DNA from: an uncultured Pseudobdellovibrionaceae bacterium
GTDB taxonomy: Bacteria > Bdellovibrionota > FAC87 > UBA2466
Assembly (NCBI GenBank): GCA_964396165.1
Contig: CAYNEF010000001.1
Coordinates: forward strand, 65,990 to 129,989
Reading direction: 5' to 3'
DNA length: 64,000 nt
A program made the position numbers and the translations under genes. Position 1 is the first letter of the stretch, and every line of letters starts with the position of its first letter. Positions 1 to 9,653 of this stretch are shown piece by piece. The notes under the pieces are model-generated. The model was not told the DNA's origin. It saw nothing but the letters and a program-made list of their open reading frames with translations, and did no database searches.

Positions 1-368
1 AGTCCAACTTAAGTGTACTTTCTAACGCTGGTCTTCCTATCCTTTTGGATATTGCCTGCCTTAACGCCAATTGGAAAAGCTCTGGAGCAGCATCCCGCAA
101 TTTCGCAGAGACTATATTACTTGATCCCAAACGAGGTCTTGCCGGAATTTTAGGTTCGGGAGGCAGCGGGAACGGCCATGAATACTTCCAAACCATAGGC
201 CGTACTATGGCGACAGCACGAAAACAAATGAATTCCGACAGTCGCACTAATGAAATTGGTCGTGTGATTTGGGCCGCGAAGATCAAAGCAAACAATCAGG
301 ATCGGACATATTGGAATTATTATGGCGATCCGACCTCAAGTATTTGGGAATCAACTATTAGTAACTAA
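1..368 (+). CDS. Hypothetical protein, C-terminal fragment continuing from upstream of the window
   Basis: Frame 3 is open from base 3 with no upstream stop; the listed ORF 45..368 is only the first in-frame Met. No recognisable motif. Confidence 0.35.
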   Translation, partial: SNLSVLSNAGLPILLDIACLNANWKSSGAASRNFAETILLDPKRGLAGILGSGGSGNGHEYFQTIGRTMATARKQMNSDSRTNEIGRVIWAAKIKANNQDRTYWNYYGDPTSSIWESTISN

Positions 369-440
369 AACTTTTTTAATCGTGTTTGGTAGTACATCGT
401 TCGGCACCCCTTAACTCTAAATAAATACAAAGGAGAACTT

Positions 441-1211
441 ATGCGCCTACATAACCTGTTATTCTTAACTATCCTACTTGCCCTTACAAACGGAGTCGCT
501 GCGGAAAACCGTATTGTTGGAGGAACCCCAGCAGCGGCTGGCGAGTTCCCATTCATTGTTTCATTGCAAAGAGGATCGAGCCATTTCTGCGGTGGATCTT
601 TAATCAAAAAAAACTGGGTACTGACTGCCGCTCATTGCGTTCGTTCCGGCACCTCTAGTTTGAGAGTCAAAATCGGGCTACTTAACCTGAAGGACAATAC
701 GGGAGTCGAAACCTTTACGGCAAAACAGGTAATCGTTCACCCTCAGAATAACAGCTCCACAAACGAAAATGACCTGGCACTGATAAATTTAGACGGAGAA
801 TCCAAGTTCGCACCGGTTATTCTCAATAATACAACCATCGATATTCCTGATGAAGAATCAAAGGCGCCTATTGCCACTACAATGGGTTGGGGAACAACTT
901 CGGAAGGGGGAAAGATTTCCCAAAAACTCCTCAAAGTGGATGTGCCGCTCGTAAATAGTAAAAATTGCGCAAATGCTTATCCAGGAAAAACGGACAAGAC
1001 GATGATCTGTGCGGGATACCAAAAAGGTGGAAAAGACTCCTGTCAGGGAGATAGTGGCGGGCCTCTCATTGTTAAGCTTGCTACCGGCGAAACTGTTCTT
1101 GCGGGCGCTGTAAGCTGGGGAATGGGTTGTGCGAGACCCAAAAAATATGGCGTCTATGCCGATGTAAATTTTGGTTTAAGTTGGATCGAAAGCCAGATTG
1201 AAAAAAATTAG
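441..1211 (+). CDS. Secreted trypsin-like serine protease (S1 family)
   Basis: Signal peptide, then IVGG maturation site, TAAHC (His), a DLAL-type Asp and GDSGGPL (Ser) catalytic motifs. RBS aaaggag precedes the ATG. Confidence 0.9.
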   Translation: MRLHNLLFLTILLALTNGVAAENRIVGGTPAAAGEFPFIVSLQRGSSHFCGGSLIKKNWVLTAAHCVRSGTSSLRVKIGLLNLKDNTGVETFTAKQVIVHPQNNSSTNENDLALINLDGESKFAPVILNNTTIDIPDEESKAPIATTMGWGTTSEGGKISQKLLKVDVPLVNSKNCANAYPGKTDKTMICAGYQKGGKDSCQGDSGGPLIVKLATGETVLAGAVSWGMGCARPKKYGVYADVNFGLSWIESQIEKN

Positions 1212-1246
1212 TCTTTCTAATTAAAGAAGAATAGTCGCGTTCTAAA

Positions 1247-1756
1247 TTAATCGCGATAAAGGCAATGTGCGTAGATTACATGGCTGTGGCGCGCTTCATG
1301 AAACCTAAGTTTACTTACTACTTCTTCTTGCAACTTTTCGATTTTCGTCTCATGAAACTCAAAGATCTCGTCGCAATCTATACAAACGATGTGATCATGA
1401 TGGCGGGTAGCGCTGATTTCAAACACTTTTTCTCCAGTGTCCTTAATAAGCGTTTCACTTACAATCCCTGCCTCGGCAAAGATTTGCATAGACCGATAGA
1501 CAGTAGCAGGACCGACATTGGGGAATAACTTCGCAACTCTTGCTATCAGTCCTATTACGGTAAAATGAGACTCGTGCTGCGCAACGATGCTTAGAATTTT
1601 AATCCTGGATTCGCTTTGATGAAGTTTTCTTTCAACGACAAAGAGATCTAGTTTGCTCTTAAGTAATTTAAACCTTTCTTCTTTAGTAGAATACTGTGAT
1701 TCTGCCCAAGAAGGAACTGGGCGACCACATGGAAGCTTGTAAGCTTTAGTTTTCAC
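1247..1756 (-). CDS. Fur-family metal-dependent transcriptional regulator (Fur/Zur-like)
   Basis: Winged-helix N-terminus and HHDHIVCIDCDEIFEF-type metal-site motifs plus a C-terminal HC..Y..D. Last gene of the minus-strand efflux operon. Confidence 0.8.
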   Translation of the reverse strand: MKTKAYKLPCGRPVPSWAESQYSTKEERFKLLKSKLDLFVVERKLHQSESRIKILSIVAQHESHFTVIGLIARVAKLFPNVGPATVYRSMQIFAEAGIVSETLIKDTGEKVFEISATRHHDHIVCIDCDEIFEFHETKIEKLQEEVVSKLRFHEARHSHVIYAHCLYRD

Positions 1757-1786
1757 GGTAAGGACGGCTTGAATGGCTCTAGCACT

Positions 1787-3085
1787 TCAAGACTCCTCTT
1801 CATGGATCTTTTCGGTCTCCACAGAGGCGCCAAGAGATTTTTCAAGCTCGATTCTATCGCTCAAAAATTCATATTTGTAGTTTTCGCGTCTTAACTTTGT
1901 TTCGTAAAGCACTTCGGCCGCTTGCTTTAAGTCGATTGAGTTCTTAATCCCGCGCTTGTACTCGCTCATAACCGCGCGGTAATATTTTTCCGCACGATCC
2001 AAGTTTTTTTCCTCAAGATCCACTCGTTCCTGCACTACTTTTAATTTCCTATAAGCAATATCCATTTGTGTAACAGAGGTAAGAATTGCGTTTTTTAACT
2101 CGGCTTCAGTCTTTAGCCGCTTTGCCTCTCCCTCACGCTTTTCCCAGACAGCATCAAAGCCTGAAAACAGCTCCAATTTAATAATGCCCATCAAACTGAG
2201 ACTTGCCCCCCCTTGTTGCGGTCTTTCGATTAAAGGCAAATAACCAGCTTTTGCCTCGATATCAAATTTTGGGAGCCACTTACTTGTCCAAGTTTTAGAC
2301 TGCACCGACGCTATACTGGCATTCCGTCCCGCTATTAGAACCTGCTCGCTTCTTTCATTCATTTTCTTTATATAATCCATAAGCGAACCTTTAATATGCT
2401 GGTGCTGCAGTTTTCCAATCGGCTCTATTTTCGCGCCTATTTCTTCCCCAAGCAACCTTCTTAAATTAGCCCGGGCAGATTCTAACTCTTGTTGGACTAG
2501 CACAATGTCTGATCTTAGGATGGCATCGCGCAAGTCAAAATCCATGACATCAGACTCACCTGTCATCCCGGCTCCGCGCTTTTGTTTCGCGAGTTTTCTT
2601 AATTCATTGTTAAGTGTGAGCGCCTCGTTTTTGAGGTCTAATTTTCCCTTCGTGAAAATATAAAGGTGGAAAATATTTTCCACATCAAGTCCCACGCGAA
2701 ACTCAGTACGGTTGAGTCTAACTTCCGCCTTTTCAGCTTCTAAACTAGCTATTTGCGACCGGTAGCTATCGGAAAATCCGTTAAATACATTTATATTGCC
2801 ATAAGCATATCCAATCACTGCAGACTCGCTATTATGACTGTCAATTTGATTATCGGCACCACCAGCCACTCCCAATTTCGGGTAGTACGAGCTTCTCACA
2901 CGTCCAACAACGGCCTTTGCCTCTTCCAATGTTTTTCTTAATGCCGTCACCTCATAGTTATGCTCTACAGCGAATTTCTTTGCATCCTCTAGGCCCACCG
3001 TCCCAGTTTGGGAAGAATGACTTGGACTAGAATGGAGAACTTGCGAAAGTCCTAAAAATAACATTAAAACACTTCTCATCTTCAT
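1787..3085 (-). CDS. Outer membrane efflux protein (TolC/CzcC family OMF)
   Basis: Length, coiled-coil-rich repeats typical of OMF. Real start is likely MKMRSVLMLFLGLSQVLHS (signal peptide) at 3085; the track ORF runs further to 3193. Immediately downstream of the His-rich gene. Confidence 0.8.
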   Translation of the reverse strand: MKMRSVLMLFLGLSQVLHSSPSHSSQTGTVGLEDAKKFAVEHNYEVTALRKTLEEAKAVVGRVRSSYYPKLGVAGGADNQIDSHNSESAVIGYAYGNINVFNGFSDSYRSQIASLEAEKAEVRLNRTEFRVGLDVENIFHLYIFTKGKLDLKNEALTLNNELRKLAKQKRGAGMTGESDVMDFDLRDAILRSDIVLVQQELESARANLRRLLGEEIGAKIEPIGKLQHQHIKGSLMDYIKKMNERSEQVLIAGRNASIASVQSKTWTSKWLPKFDIEAKAGYLPLIERPQQGGASLSLMGIIKLELFSGFDAVWEKREGEAKRLKTEAELKNAILTSVTQMDIAYRKLKVVQERVDLEEKNLDRAEKYYRAVMSEYKRGIKNSIDLKQAAEVLYETKLRRENYKYEFLSDRIELEKSLGASVETEKIHEEES

Positions 3086-3086
3086 C

Positions 3087-3641
3087 TCAATCGAGCTCCA
3101 CTTGGATTTTTGCCTTTTTTTCTTCGCCTTCGTATTTTGCCGAAATATTCGCAAAGAAACGAAACGCCTTTTGGGGATCAAAAGCGGCTTCAAAATTCGA
3201 TTCTGTAACTGTTACCTTAACCACTTCCGTTTTCTTTTGACGCGGCAACTCAATGCTTAGGATCACGTCCTTAAAAGCACTGGTAGGAAGACTTGAAAAA
3301 ACTTTTGGGTTTTTGGGGTTTAGAGTAAGGGGGTAAATCTTAACCACCTTTTTTGTGTATACCACTTCAAAGAAAATTTCCGCCTCTTCCTTTTCTTCGT
3401 GGTGCTCATGCCCTTTTTCGGCGTGGTTTTCTTTCGACTCCTCTTTTTTGTCATGGTCATGTTCTTTTTCTGCGTGCCCTCCTCCACCATGTTCGTGTTC
3501 TTCTGCTTCATCATGTTCGGAGGCTTTTACTTCACCACCATGAGGAGCGGCGGGCATAGCACCCGGCATATCGTGGCCCTCGTGAGAAAATACATAAGCT
3601 CCCAGGGTCATCATCAGTAGAATTGACAATTTAAATTTCAT
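3087..3641 (-). CDS. His/Glu-rich periplasmic protein, putative metal-binding, in place of the expected RND adaptor
   Basis: Signal peptide MKFKLSILLMMTLGAYVFS. About 70-aa low-complexity HE/HD/HG-rich segment, then a ~100-aa beta-rich C-terminal domain. Overlaps the RND stop by 4 bp (translational coupling). The antisense ORFs at 3320..3620 are artefacts of its repetitive codons. Confidence 0.6.
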   Translation of the reverse strand: MKFKLSILLMMTLGAYVFSHEGHDMPGAMPAAPHGGEVKASEHDEAEEHEHGGGGHAEKEHDHDKKEESKENHAEKGHEHHEEKEEAEIFFEVVYTKKVVKIYPLTLNPKNPKVFSSLPTSAFKDVILSIELPRQKKTEVVKVTVTESNFEAAFDPQKAFRFFANISAKYEGEEKKAKIQVELD

Positions 3642-6600
3642 GCGTGTTTTTCTCCCTGCTCACGGTGCAATAGCAGTTGCTTTTCAGCGGACTTCTGTCC
3701 GAACTTATAAAACACAGTGGGGGTTACCCACATATCTAACAGAGTCGAGCTAAAAAGGCCGCCAAAGATAACAACGGCTACCGGGTGAAGGATTTCCTTT
3801 CCAGGCTCTCCTTTAGCGAGAATCAACGGGACAAGCGCCAGCATCGCCGTCAAAGCCGTCATTAACACCGGCACTAGTCTCTCAAGAGATCCCCTAATGA
3901 CCATCTCATCGGAAAACTTTTCCTTTTCATGTTCCATAAGATGGAGATAGTGGGAAATCATCATGATGCCGTTTCTAGAGGCAATCCCGCAAAGAGTCAC
4001 AAAAGCCACCATGGAAGCCACGGAAAGAATTCTATCAGATAGGAAAACCGCGACTACGCTTCCAATGAGTGCCATTGGAATATTGAGCATAATCTGAATC
4101 GAGATGAAGGCTGACTTAAAATGCATATAAAGGACGAGGAAGATTCCAACAATAGACAAGCTCCCTAGGATAAGCATCATACGACTTGCTTTTTGCTGAC
4201 TTTCAAATTGACCACCATAGCTAATGAAATAGCCCTCAGGCATTGTGACTTTTGATTTGACGCGTGCTTGGATCTCTTCAATCACGCTATTCAAATCCCT
4301 TCCCGACGTATTGGCTTGTACCACAATACGCCTTTGCATGTTTTCTCGGTTAATCATGTTGGGACCTGTCGTTTCGTAAACATCCGCCACTTCATCCAAA
4401 GTGACTCTTCTCCCATCGGGCATCGTCTTAATAATTAAACTTTGAATGTTCTTTACACTGGATCTTGATTCGTCATCCAAACGCATAAAAACTTCGTATA
4501 TCCTTTGTCCCTCTAACACCTGGGCAGTGACTTCCCCTGCCAATGCCATTTCAAGTTGCGTGGCAAGCTCTCCCACTACCATGTTATATTTGATCACTTC
4601 GTCTCTCATAAATCGAATTTTTATCTTTGGGATCTGCACTTGTTGTTCAATTTGAAGGTCGACTAAACCTTTTACATCTTGAATCTCGCTAAAAACTTGT
4701 GCCGCTAAAGATCGTAATTCACTTTGGTTCGTACCAAAAACCTTAATTGCGATTTGTGCTCTCACGCCAGATAAAAGGTGATCTAACTGGTGAGAAATGG
4801 GTTGCCCAACATTGATAGAGGCTCCTGGCAAATTTTTTACCAACCTCTCACGGATTTCTTCGAGAACAGTATCTCGTTTTCTTCCCTTTAAGTTAAAATC
4901 CACATCGATTTCACTGTTATGAACACCTTCGGCATGCTCATCTAGTTCTGCTCTACCTGTCCGCCTACTGACTGATTTTACTTCTGGGCTTTCAAGGATC
5001 AACTTTTCCGCCTTTGTCCCAATTTCATTCGAATAGTCTAAGCTCACCCCGGGGGTCAGGATTACAGCTATCATGGCGGTACCTTCATTAAACTTAGGCA
5101 GAAATTCTTTTCCCATAAAAGGGATCAGACAAATACTCGCGATAAAAAGACCGCTCACAGTACCTAAAACAAGCTTGGGTTTCTTCAATGCTTTTCTTAA
5201 AATCTTTTCGTCCCATTTTTTTAAGAAGCGTACCAAGAAACCATCGGCTCCGTGCTCCATTTGCTTCATATTAGGCAAAAGGTACGAACAAAGCGCAGGC
5301 GTTACTGTAAGCGAAATCAATAAAGAAGCGACGAGAGAAACCACATAGGCAACCCCCAAAGGGGCAAAAAACCTTCCTTCAAGGCCGCCTAATGAAAAAA
5401 GCGGGATAAAAACTAAAACTACGATAATAGTCGCAAAAACAATCGAATTTCTTACTTCGGATGAGGCTTCGTAAATAATTTGGGTTGCAGGTTTTGGATT
5501 CTCGGCATGTTTATTTTCTTTTAGTCTTCTAAAAACATTCTCTACGTCAACGATAGCGTCATCGACAAGTTCACCAATCGCAACTGCGAGCCCCCCTAGC
5601 GTCATCGTGTTGATATTGAGATCAAAAAACTTAAACACAATGGCAGTAAGTACGAAGGACAATGGGATCGCAGTAAGAGTGATTGCAGTGGTCCTGAAAT
5701 TAAGGAGAAAGAGGAATAAAATGATGGTGACAAGAATTGCGCCGTCTCTTAGCGCCTCTTGAACGTTGTGAACGGCATGCTCAATGAAATCCGCTTGCTT
5801 AAAAAGATCTTTATTAATTTTAACTCCTTTTGGGAGAGTCTTTTGGATGTCTTCAAGGGTCTTCGCAATTTGTTCCGACAGCTCGATCGTCGAAGCCCCA
5901 GGTTGCTTTTGGATACTCATGATGACAGCGGGGGAACCATTGATACTTGCATCGCCGCGCTTAATTCTTGGGCCAAACTGGACTTTTGCGACTTCTTTTA
6001 CCTGGACCGGTCTTCCCAAAGAACTCCCCACTGAAGAGCTCTCCACTTCCTCAAGAGATTTGACCCTGCCAAAATTTTGGATGAGATATTCTTTATTGTT
6101 CAGATTTACGAATCCGCCCGTGGTATTTTGGCTTAAGTGGGTGAGATTATGCTGGACGTCTTCAAGGCCAATGTTTCTTTTTCTCAGCTCTTCGGAAGAT
6201 AATTTGATTTGATATTGTTTTACCATTCCCCCGATCGGAATGACTTGGGCAATTCCCGGCGTTGAAAGCAGCCGAGGCCGAATAACCCAGTCGGCTATTG
6301 TCCTAAGATCCATGGGTGTAATAGCCGGATCTTCCGAAGAAAGCCCGACTAACTGAATTTGGCCCATAATGGAAGAAATCGGACCCATGACAGGACTAAT
6401 CCCTTTTGGAAGAGTCTCTTTTACAAGAGCTAACTTTTCGGCGACAAGTTGGCGGTTTCGAAAGATGTCCGTTCCCCAGCCAAACTCCATGTAAATTGCA
6501 GACAGGCCCACTCCTGAAGTGGAACGGACGCGCTCTAGCCCAGGAGTTCCATTTATGGCCACTTCAACCGGAAGAGTGACAAGGACTTCGACTTCCTCAG

Positions 6601-6772
6601 GGGCAAGTCCCCCGGCTTCTGTCATGATTGTAACGGTAGGACGATTAAGATCAGGAAAAACATCGACCGGCAAGTGAACTATAACCCATCCCCCGTAAGC
6701 AAGAAGCATCGCTGCGCTTGCTAGGACGAAAAGGCGGTTTTTAAGAGAAAACTGGATGATCCGATCAAACAC
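3638..6772 (-). CDS. Heavy-metal efflux RND transporter (CzcA/CusA family)
   Basis: 1044 aa, 12-TM RND architecture. N-terminus MFDRIIQFSLKNRLFVL...VDVFPDL typical of the HME subfamily. Confidence 0.9.
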   Translation of the reverse strand: MFDRIIQFSLKNRLFVLASAAMLLAYGGWVIVHLPVDVFPDLNRPTVTIMTEAGGLAPEEVEVLVTLPVEVAINGTPGLERVRSTSGVGLSAIYMEFGWGTDIFRNRQLVAEKLALVKETLPKGISPVMGPISSIMGQIQLVGLSSEDPAITPMDLRTIADWVIRPRLLSTPGIAQVIPIGGMVKQYQIKLSSEELRKRNIGLEDVQHNLTHLSQNTTGGFVNLNNKEYLIQNFGRVKSLEEVESSSVGSSLGRPVQVKEVAKVQFGPRIKRGDASINGSPAVIMSIQKQPGASTIELSEQIAKTLEDIQKTLPKGVKINKDLFKQADFIEHAVHNVQEALRDGAILVTIILFLFLLNFRTTAITLTAIPLSFVLTAIVFKFFDLNINTMTLGGLAVAIGELVDDAIVDVENVFRRLKENKHAENPKPATQIIYEASSEVRNSIVFATIIVVLVFIPLFSLGGLEGRFFAPLGVAYVVSLVASLLISLTVTPALCSYLLPNMKQMEHGADGFLVRFLKKWDEKILRKALKKPKLVLGTVSGLFIASICLIPFMGKEFLPKFNEGTAMIAVILTPGVSLDYSNEIGTKAEKLILESPEVKSVSRRTGRAELDEHAEGVHNSEIDVDFNLKGRKRDTVLEEIRERLVKNLPGASINVGQPISHQLDHLLSGVRAQIAIKVFGTNQSELRSLAAQVFSEIQDVKGLVDLQIEQQVQIPKIKIRFMRDEVIKYNMVVGELATQLEMALAGEVTAQVLEGQRIYEVFMRLDDESRSSVKNIQSLIIKTMPDGRRVTLDEVADVYETTGPNMINRENMQRRIVVQANTSGRDLNSVIEEIQARVKSKVTMPEGYFISYGGQFESQQKASRMMLILGSLSIVGIFLVLYMHFKSAFISIQIMLNIPMALIGSVVAVFLSDRILSVASMVAFVTLCGIASRNGIMMISHYLHLMEHEKEKFSDEMVIRGSLERLVPVLMTALTAMLALVPLILAKGEPGKEILHPVAVVIFGGLFSSTLLDMWVTPTVFYKFGQKSAEKQLLLHREQGEKHA

Positions 6773-6783
6773 CTAAACTCCGC

Positions 6784-7503
6784 TTAGAGAACGAACCCAA
6801 CACCGAGATCGAAAGACCATCCTTCAAATACTTGTGCCGAGGCAAAGCTACGGTACAGGGTCGAGCCAAGTTGAACACCTTTAAACCATTTGGAAGCTTC
6901 GCTCGTCCCTTCAAAGAGATTTAAATGAGCTGATAACTGATAGGAAGGCACCCAAAACCCTTGTTCAATCCCGTCAAGTTTCCCACTTTGATAAAACCAA
7001 AGAAAGCCGACTGAAGAAGCAATGCCCGGCTTTAAAAAAGAAGCGCCCGGAATACGGTAGTCAATTTGAGCCCCTAGATTTAAAGGAAGGGTATGGACTT
7101 TTAAAACGTCGCTAAATTTCTTTCCCGATTTATTTGTCACTGAAATCAAGCTTTCACGGTAGGAATACCCAGCCGAAGCTAACCCTGAAACCTCAACGCC
7201 ATAAAAAGCCGCTAAGACAGTTCCCACCTCCACCCGTAAAGTGGGAAGGCTTGAACCCGTACTTGCATAAGGCACGGTGTAGTAATCGTTTGATAGTTCA
7301 AATTTCTCAGGGGTAATGTAAGAAAACACGGGCCTTAATATAATCCCGTTTGAAGCATAATTTTCAACTTTAGCTTCCGTGACACTTTCACGGTAAAGCG
7401 TATTGACTAAATCCTTATCCATTTCAAAATCGGATTTAGATTCTGGTTCTGAGCCAAAGGTAGACAAACAAAAAATAGCTAAGACAAACAAAAACCGACT
7501 CAT
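6784..7503 (-). CDS. Secreted protein, possible small outer-membrane beta-barrel
   Basis: Signal peptide. Alternating hydrophobic pattern, aromatic-rich, C-terminal ...GVGFVL. 11 bp upstream of the RND start, so in the same operon. Confidence 0.45.
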   Translation of the reverse strand: MSRFLFVLAIFCLSTFGSEPESKSDFEMDKDLVNTLYRESVTEAKVENYASNGIILRPVFSYITPEKFELSNDYYTVPYASTGSSLPTLRVEVGTVLAAFYGVEVSGLASAGYSYRESLISVTNKSGKKFSDVLKVHTLPLNLGAQIDYRIPGASFLKPGIASSVGFLWFYQSGKLDGIEQGFWVPSYQLSAHLNLFEGTSEASKWFKGVQLGSTLYRSFASAQVFEGWSFDLGVGFVL

Positions 7504-8735
7504 TTATTCACCTCTAAGTTACCCACTTCCCCGAGCGCATCCGCTGCTACTGTCCCTCGGATTACTTTCCGATCTACGTCCGCTTTCACCGTTAAATTGT
7601 AACTTCCCGTTGTTTTTGCAACAAGCTTTCTTGTGTAGTAGTTATATTGAACTTCGCTGAAAGGGAGCTCGAAATACTCAGTAGAACCGAAGGGTCCAAG
7701 ATAAAACCTAACATTACCAGTCACTTTAAGACCGTTGGGGCTTGTCAGATCTTGGGAAGTGACAAAAGCGATCTGCACTCTTTCCGGTAGGTTAGAGTTT
7801 GGATTTGTGTTAACGAACTTACCTTGATAGGTCCCTTTTAAAGCCTCAAAAACATCCCCTGCTCCTGCTGTATCGGGAGGACCAGTTTTTCTAAAAGAAA
7901 TTTTTCCGAGCGTTCCCGTATATTGGCTGGACCATTCGCCAGTGACCTCCCCTTCAGCCCAACTTCCGGAGAGAACGATATCAGTGCCTTCTTGCCTGAA
8001 AATAATTTGCCCCGTAACGGCGTTAAACTGTACTTTATCGAACTTATAGGTCAGATATTCCGATGAGTTCCAGTCGCCGCAGATTAACTTTAAGGTAGCT
8101 GCCGCCTTCAACCCCTCAGGAGGCTGAAAACTCGTCTGAAGGTTAAGCTGGCCTAAATGGTAGAGCTTGCCCTCACGCAAAAGAATACCTTGGTATTCCC
8201 CCTTTAATTGTTCTGCTAACCCATTTGTCGATTGCGTTGCATTGCGATCTAATGAAACTGTCCCGGAACTCACAGAGGTGGGCATCGTCCAAGTTCCCTG
8301 AAGTTTTGACTCTGTTTGAGTGAGCGAAAAAATTATATTTTCCCCAGAGCTCGCGACTACAATATCAAGAGCACTTCGTTTTGGATCAAAATCAGCCTTT
8401 TGTACGGCAAATCCAGGAGAGGTATTCGGATCACATCCTTGACCAAATGTAAAACATAGGTATCCCGTAAGAATTGGGGTCATCACAGGATCGACTTGTC
8501 CTTCAATCGTTGTAGGGATGTCCTTGATTTCAAGACGCAAGGAAACGTTTTGTGTTTTACCGCTGGTCTGCACGAGTTTGCCAGCATACTCCCCTTCGAC
8601 CTGTTTTAACTCAGAACGTTTATTTTCCGACGATGCTCGAAGCTGTTCTCTTTTCAGATCTCTATCGCTAACAGAATTTTTCGAGCAGGAAATAGCAATA
8701 AGACCAAAGAATGCAAGTGCAAGTTTTTTATACAT
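7500..8735 (-). CDS. Lipoprotein built from ~110-aa tandem repeat domains (uncharacterised family)
   Basis: Lipobox LIAISCS. Three to four internal repeats with the L(K/T)G.Y.G...(F/Y)LGPFGS.EY...F..VQ(F/Y)N.Y.R.L motif. Paralogous to 8753..9580. Confidence 0.6.
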   Translation of the reverse strand: MYKKLALAFFGLIAISCSKNSVSDRDLKREQLRASSENKRSELKQVEGEYAGKLVQTSGKTQNVSLRLEIKDIPTTIEGQVDPVMTPILTGYLCFTFGQGCDPNTSPGFAVQKADFDPKRSALDIVVASSGENIIFSLTQTESKLQGTWTMPTSVSSGTVSLDRNATQSTNGLAEQLKGEYQGILLREGKLYHLGQLNLQTSFQPPEGLKAAATLKLICGDWNSSEYLTYKFDKVQFNAVTGQIIFRQEGTDIVLSGSWAEGEVTGEWSSQYTGTLGKISFRKTGPPDTAGAGDVFEALKGTYQGKFVNTNPNSNLPERVQIAFVTSQDLTSPNGLKVTGNVRFYLGPFGSTEYFELPFSEVQYNYYTRKLVAKTTGSYNLTVKADVDRKVIRGTVAADALGEVGNLEVNK

Positions 8736-8752
8736 TAGTACCCTTCCTAACT

Positions 8753-9580
8753 TTATGGATAGTGCGTAAGGGTGGCGTCAGCGACTTGCCCCATCCCATC
8801 GGCAAAAACAGTGCCTGTAAAAATCCCATCGTGACTCATTTTGCCTTTGAAGGTTAAGCCATATTCCATAGTACGCGCCGTCAAATAACGATTGTAAAAA
8901 TTAAACTGCACATCGGTGAGTTTTGTTTCCACATATTCCAAAGAGCCAAAGGGTCCAAGGTAAAGACGCACATTTCCGGAAATGACAATTTTAGGTTCTG
9001 TCCCTGAATTTTCTTGCGTACTCACTAAAGACATTGAAGCACGCTCTGGCAGATTAGACTCGGAGTTGGTGTTTTTTAACTCTCCCCGATAATGTCCGGT
9101 AAGCGTTTTAACTAAAATGCCTTGAGAAGGAGGCGTAGGTTCTACATCTTTAGCAGCGCTGAACTTGCCGACCTTTCCAAGCAACGTCGAATGCCAGTCT
9201 CCCTGAATCGTTCCGGTCTTAAGAAAACCAATCATACTTACGTTATTTTTTTCGCTTCGAAGAGTAATTTGCCGTGTAAGTAAGTTCATTGGCACATCGT
9301 CAAATTCGTAAGTTAAAAATTCATTTGAGTTTTGTTCCCCGAAAAAAATTCTCAAATTTGCTGATATTTTAAGCTGGCCACCACCGACGTTTACGGTGCG
9401 TAGCGTTATGTGCGCATATTGGTAAAATTGGCTGCCGTCATGAAGTAAAACCGCCTTATACAACCCCTGCACCGACTCATCATCCAAAGAATTAGCTTCA
9501 GAACCAAAACTTGCGAATGGCGTCATAAAAGAGAGTACTAAAATACCTAAAAAAAACTTTTTGATGTTTGACTGGAACAC
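8753..9580 (-). CDS. Secreted paralog of the 7500..8735 repeat-domain protein (two repeats)
   Basis: Signal peptide. NLPERASMSLVSTQ...VRLYLGPFGSLEYVE...VQFNFYNRYLTA aligns with NLPERVQIAFVTSQ...VRFYLGPFGSTEYFE...VQYNYYTRKLVA in the neighbouring gene. First gene of the operon. Confidence 0.6.
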   Translation of the reverse strand: MFQSNIKKFFLGILVLSFMTPFASFGSEANSLDDESVQGLYKAVLLHDGSQFYQYAHITLRTVNVGGGQLKISANLRIFFGEQNSNEFLTYEFDDVPMNLLTRQITLRSEKNNVSMIGFLKTGTIQGDWHSTLLGKVGKFSAAKDVEPTPPSQGILVKTLTGHYRGELKNTNSESNLPERASMSLVSTQENSGTEPKIVISGNVRLYLGPFGSLEYVETKLTDVQFNFYNRYLTARTMEYGLTFKGKMSHDGIFTGTVFADGMGQVADATLTHYP

Positions 9581-9653
9581 GAATGCCTCCTATTGGCTTA
9601 AAAAAGGTGCAAATTTGCGCCTACAAATACTTTAGTGGCGGATAACTTATCTT

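Noticed and set aside
3320-3620. Three overlapping ORFs on both strands inside the His-rich gene
   Set aside because: They are artefacts of the repetitive GA/CT-rich codons of the His/Glu-rich segment. Only the minus-strand frame with signal peptide and operon context is coherent.
4446-6212. Plus-strand ORFs (4446..4655, 5073..5348, 5759..6212) inside the RND gene
   Set aside because: They are antisense to a well-supported 1044-aa CDS and have low-complexity translations with no signals. These are shadow ORFs.
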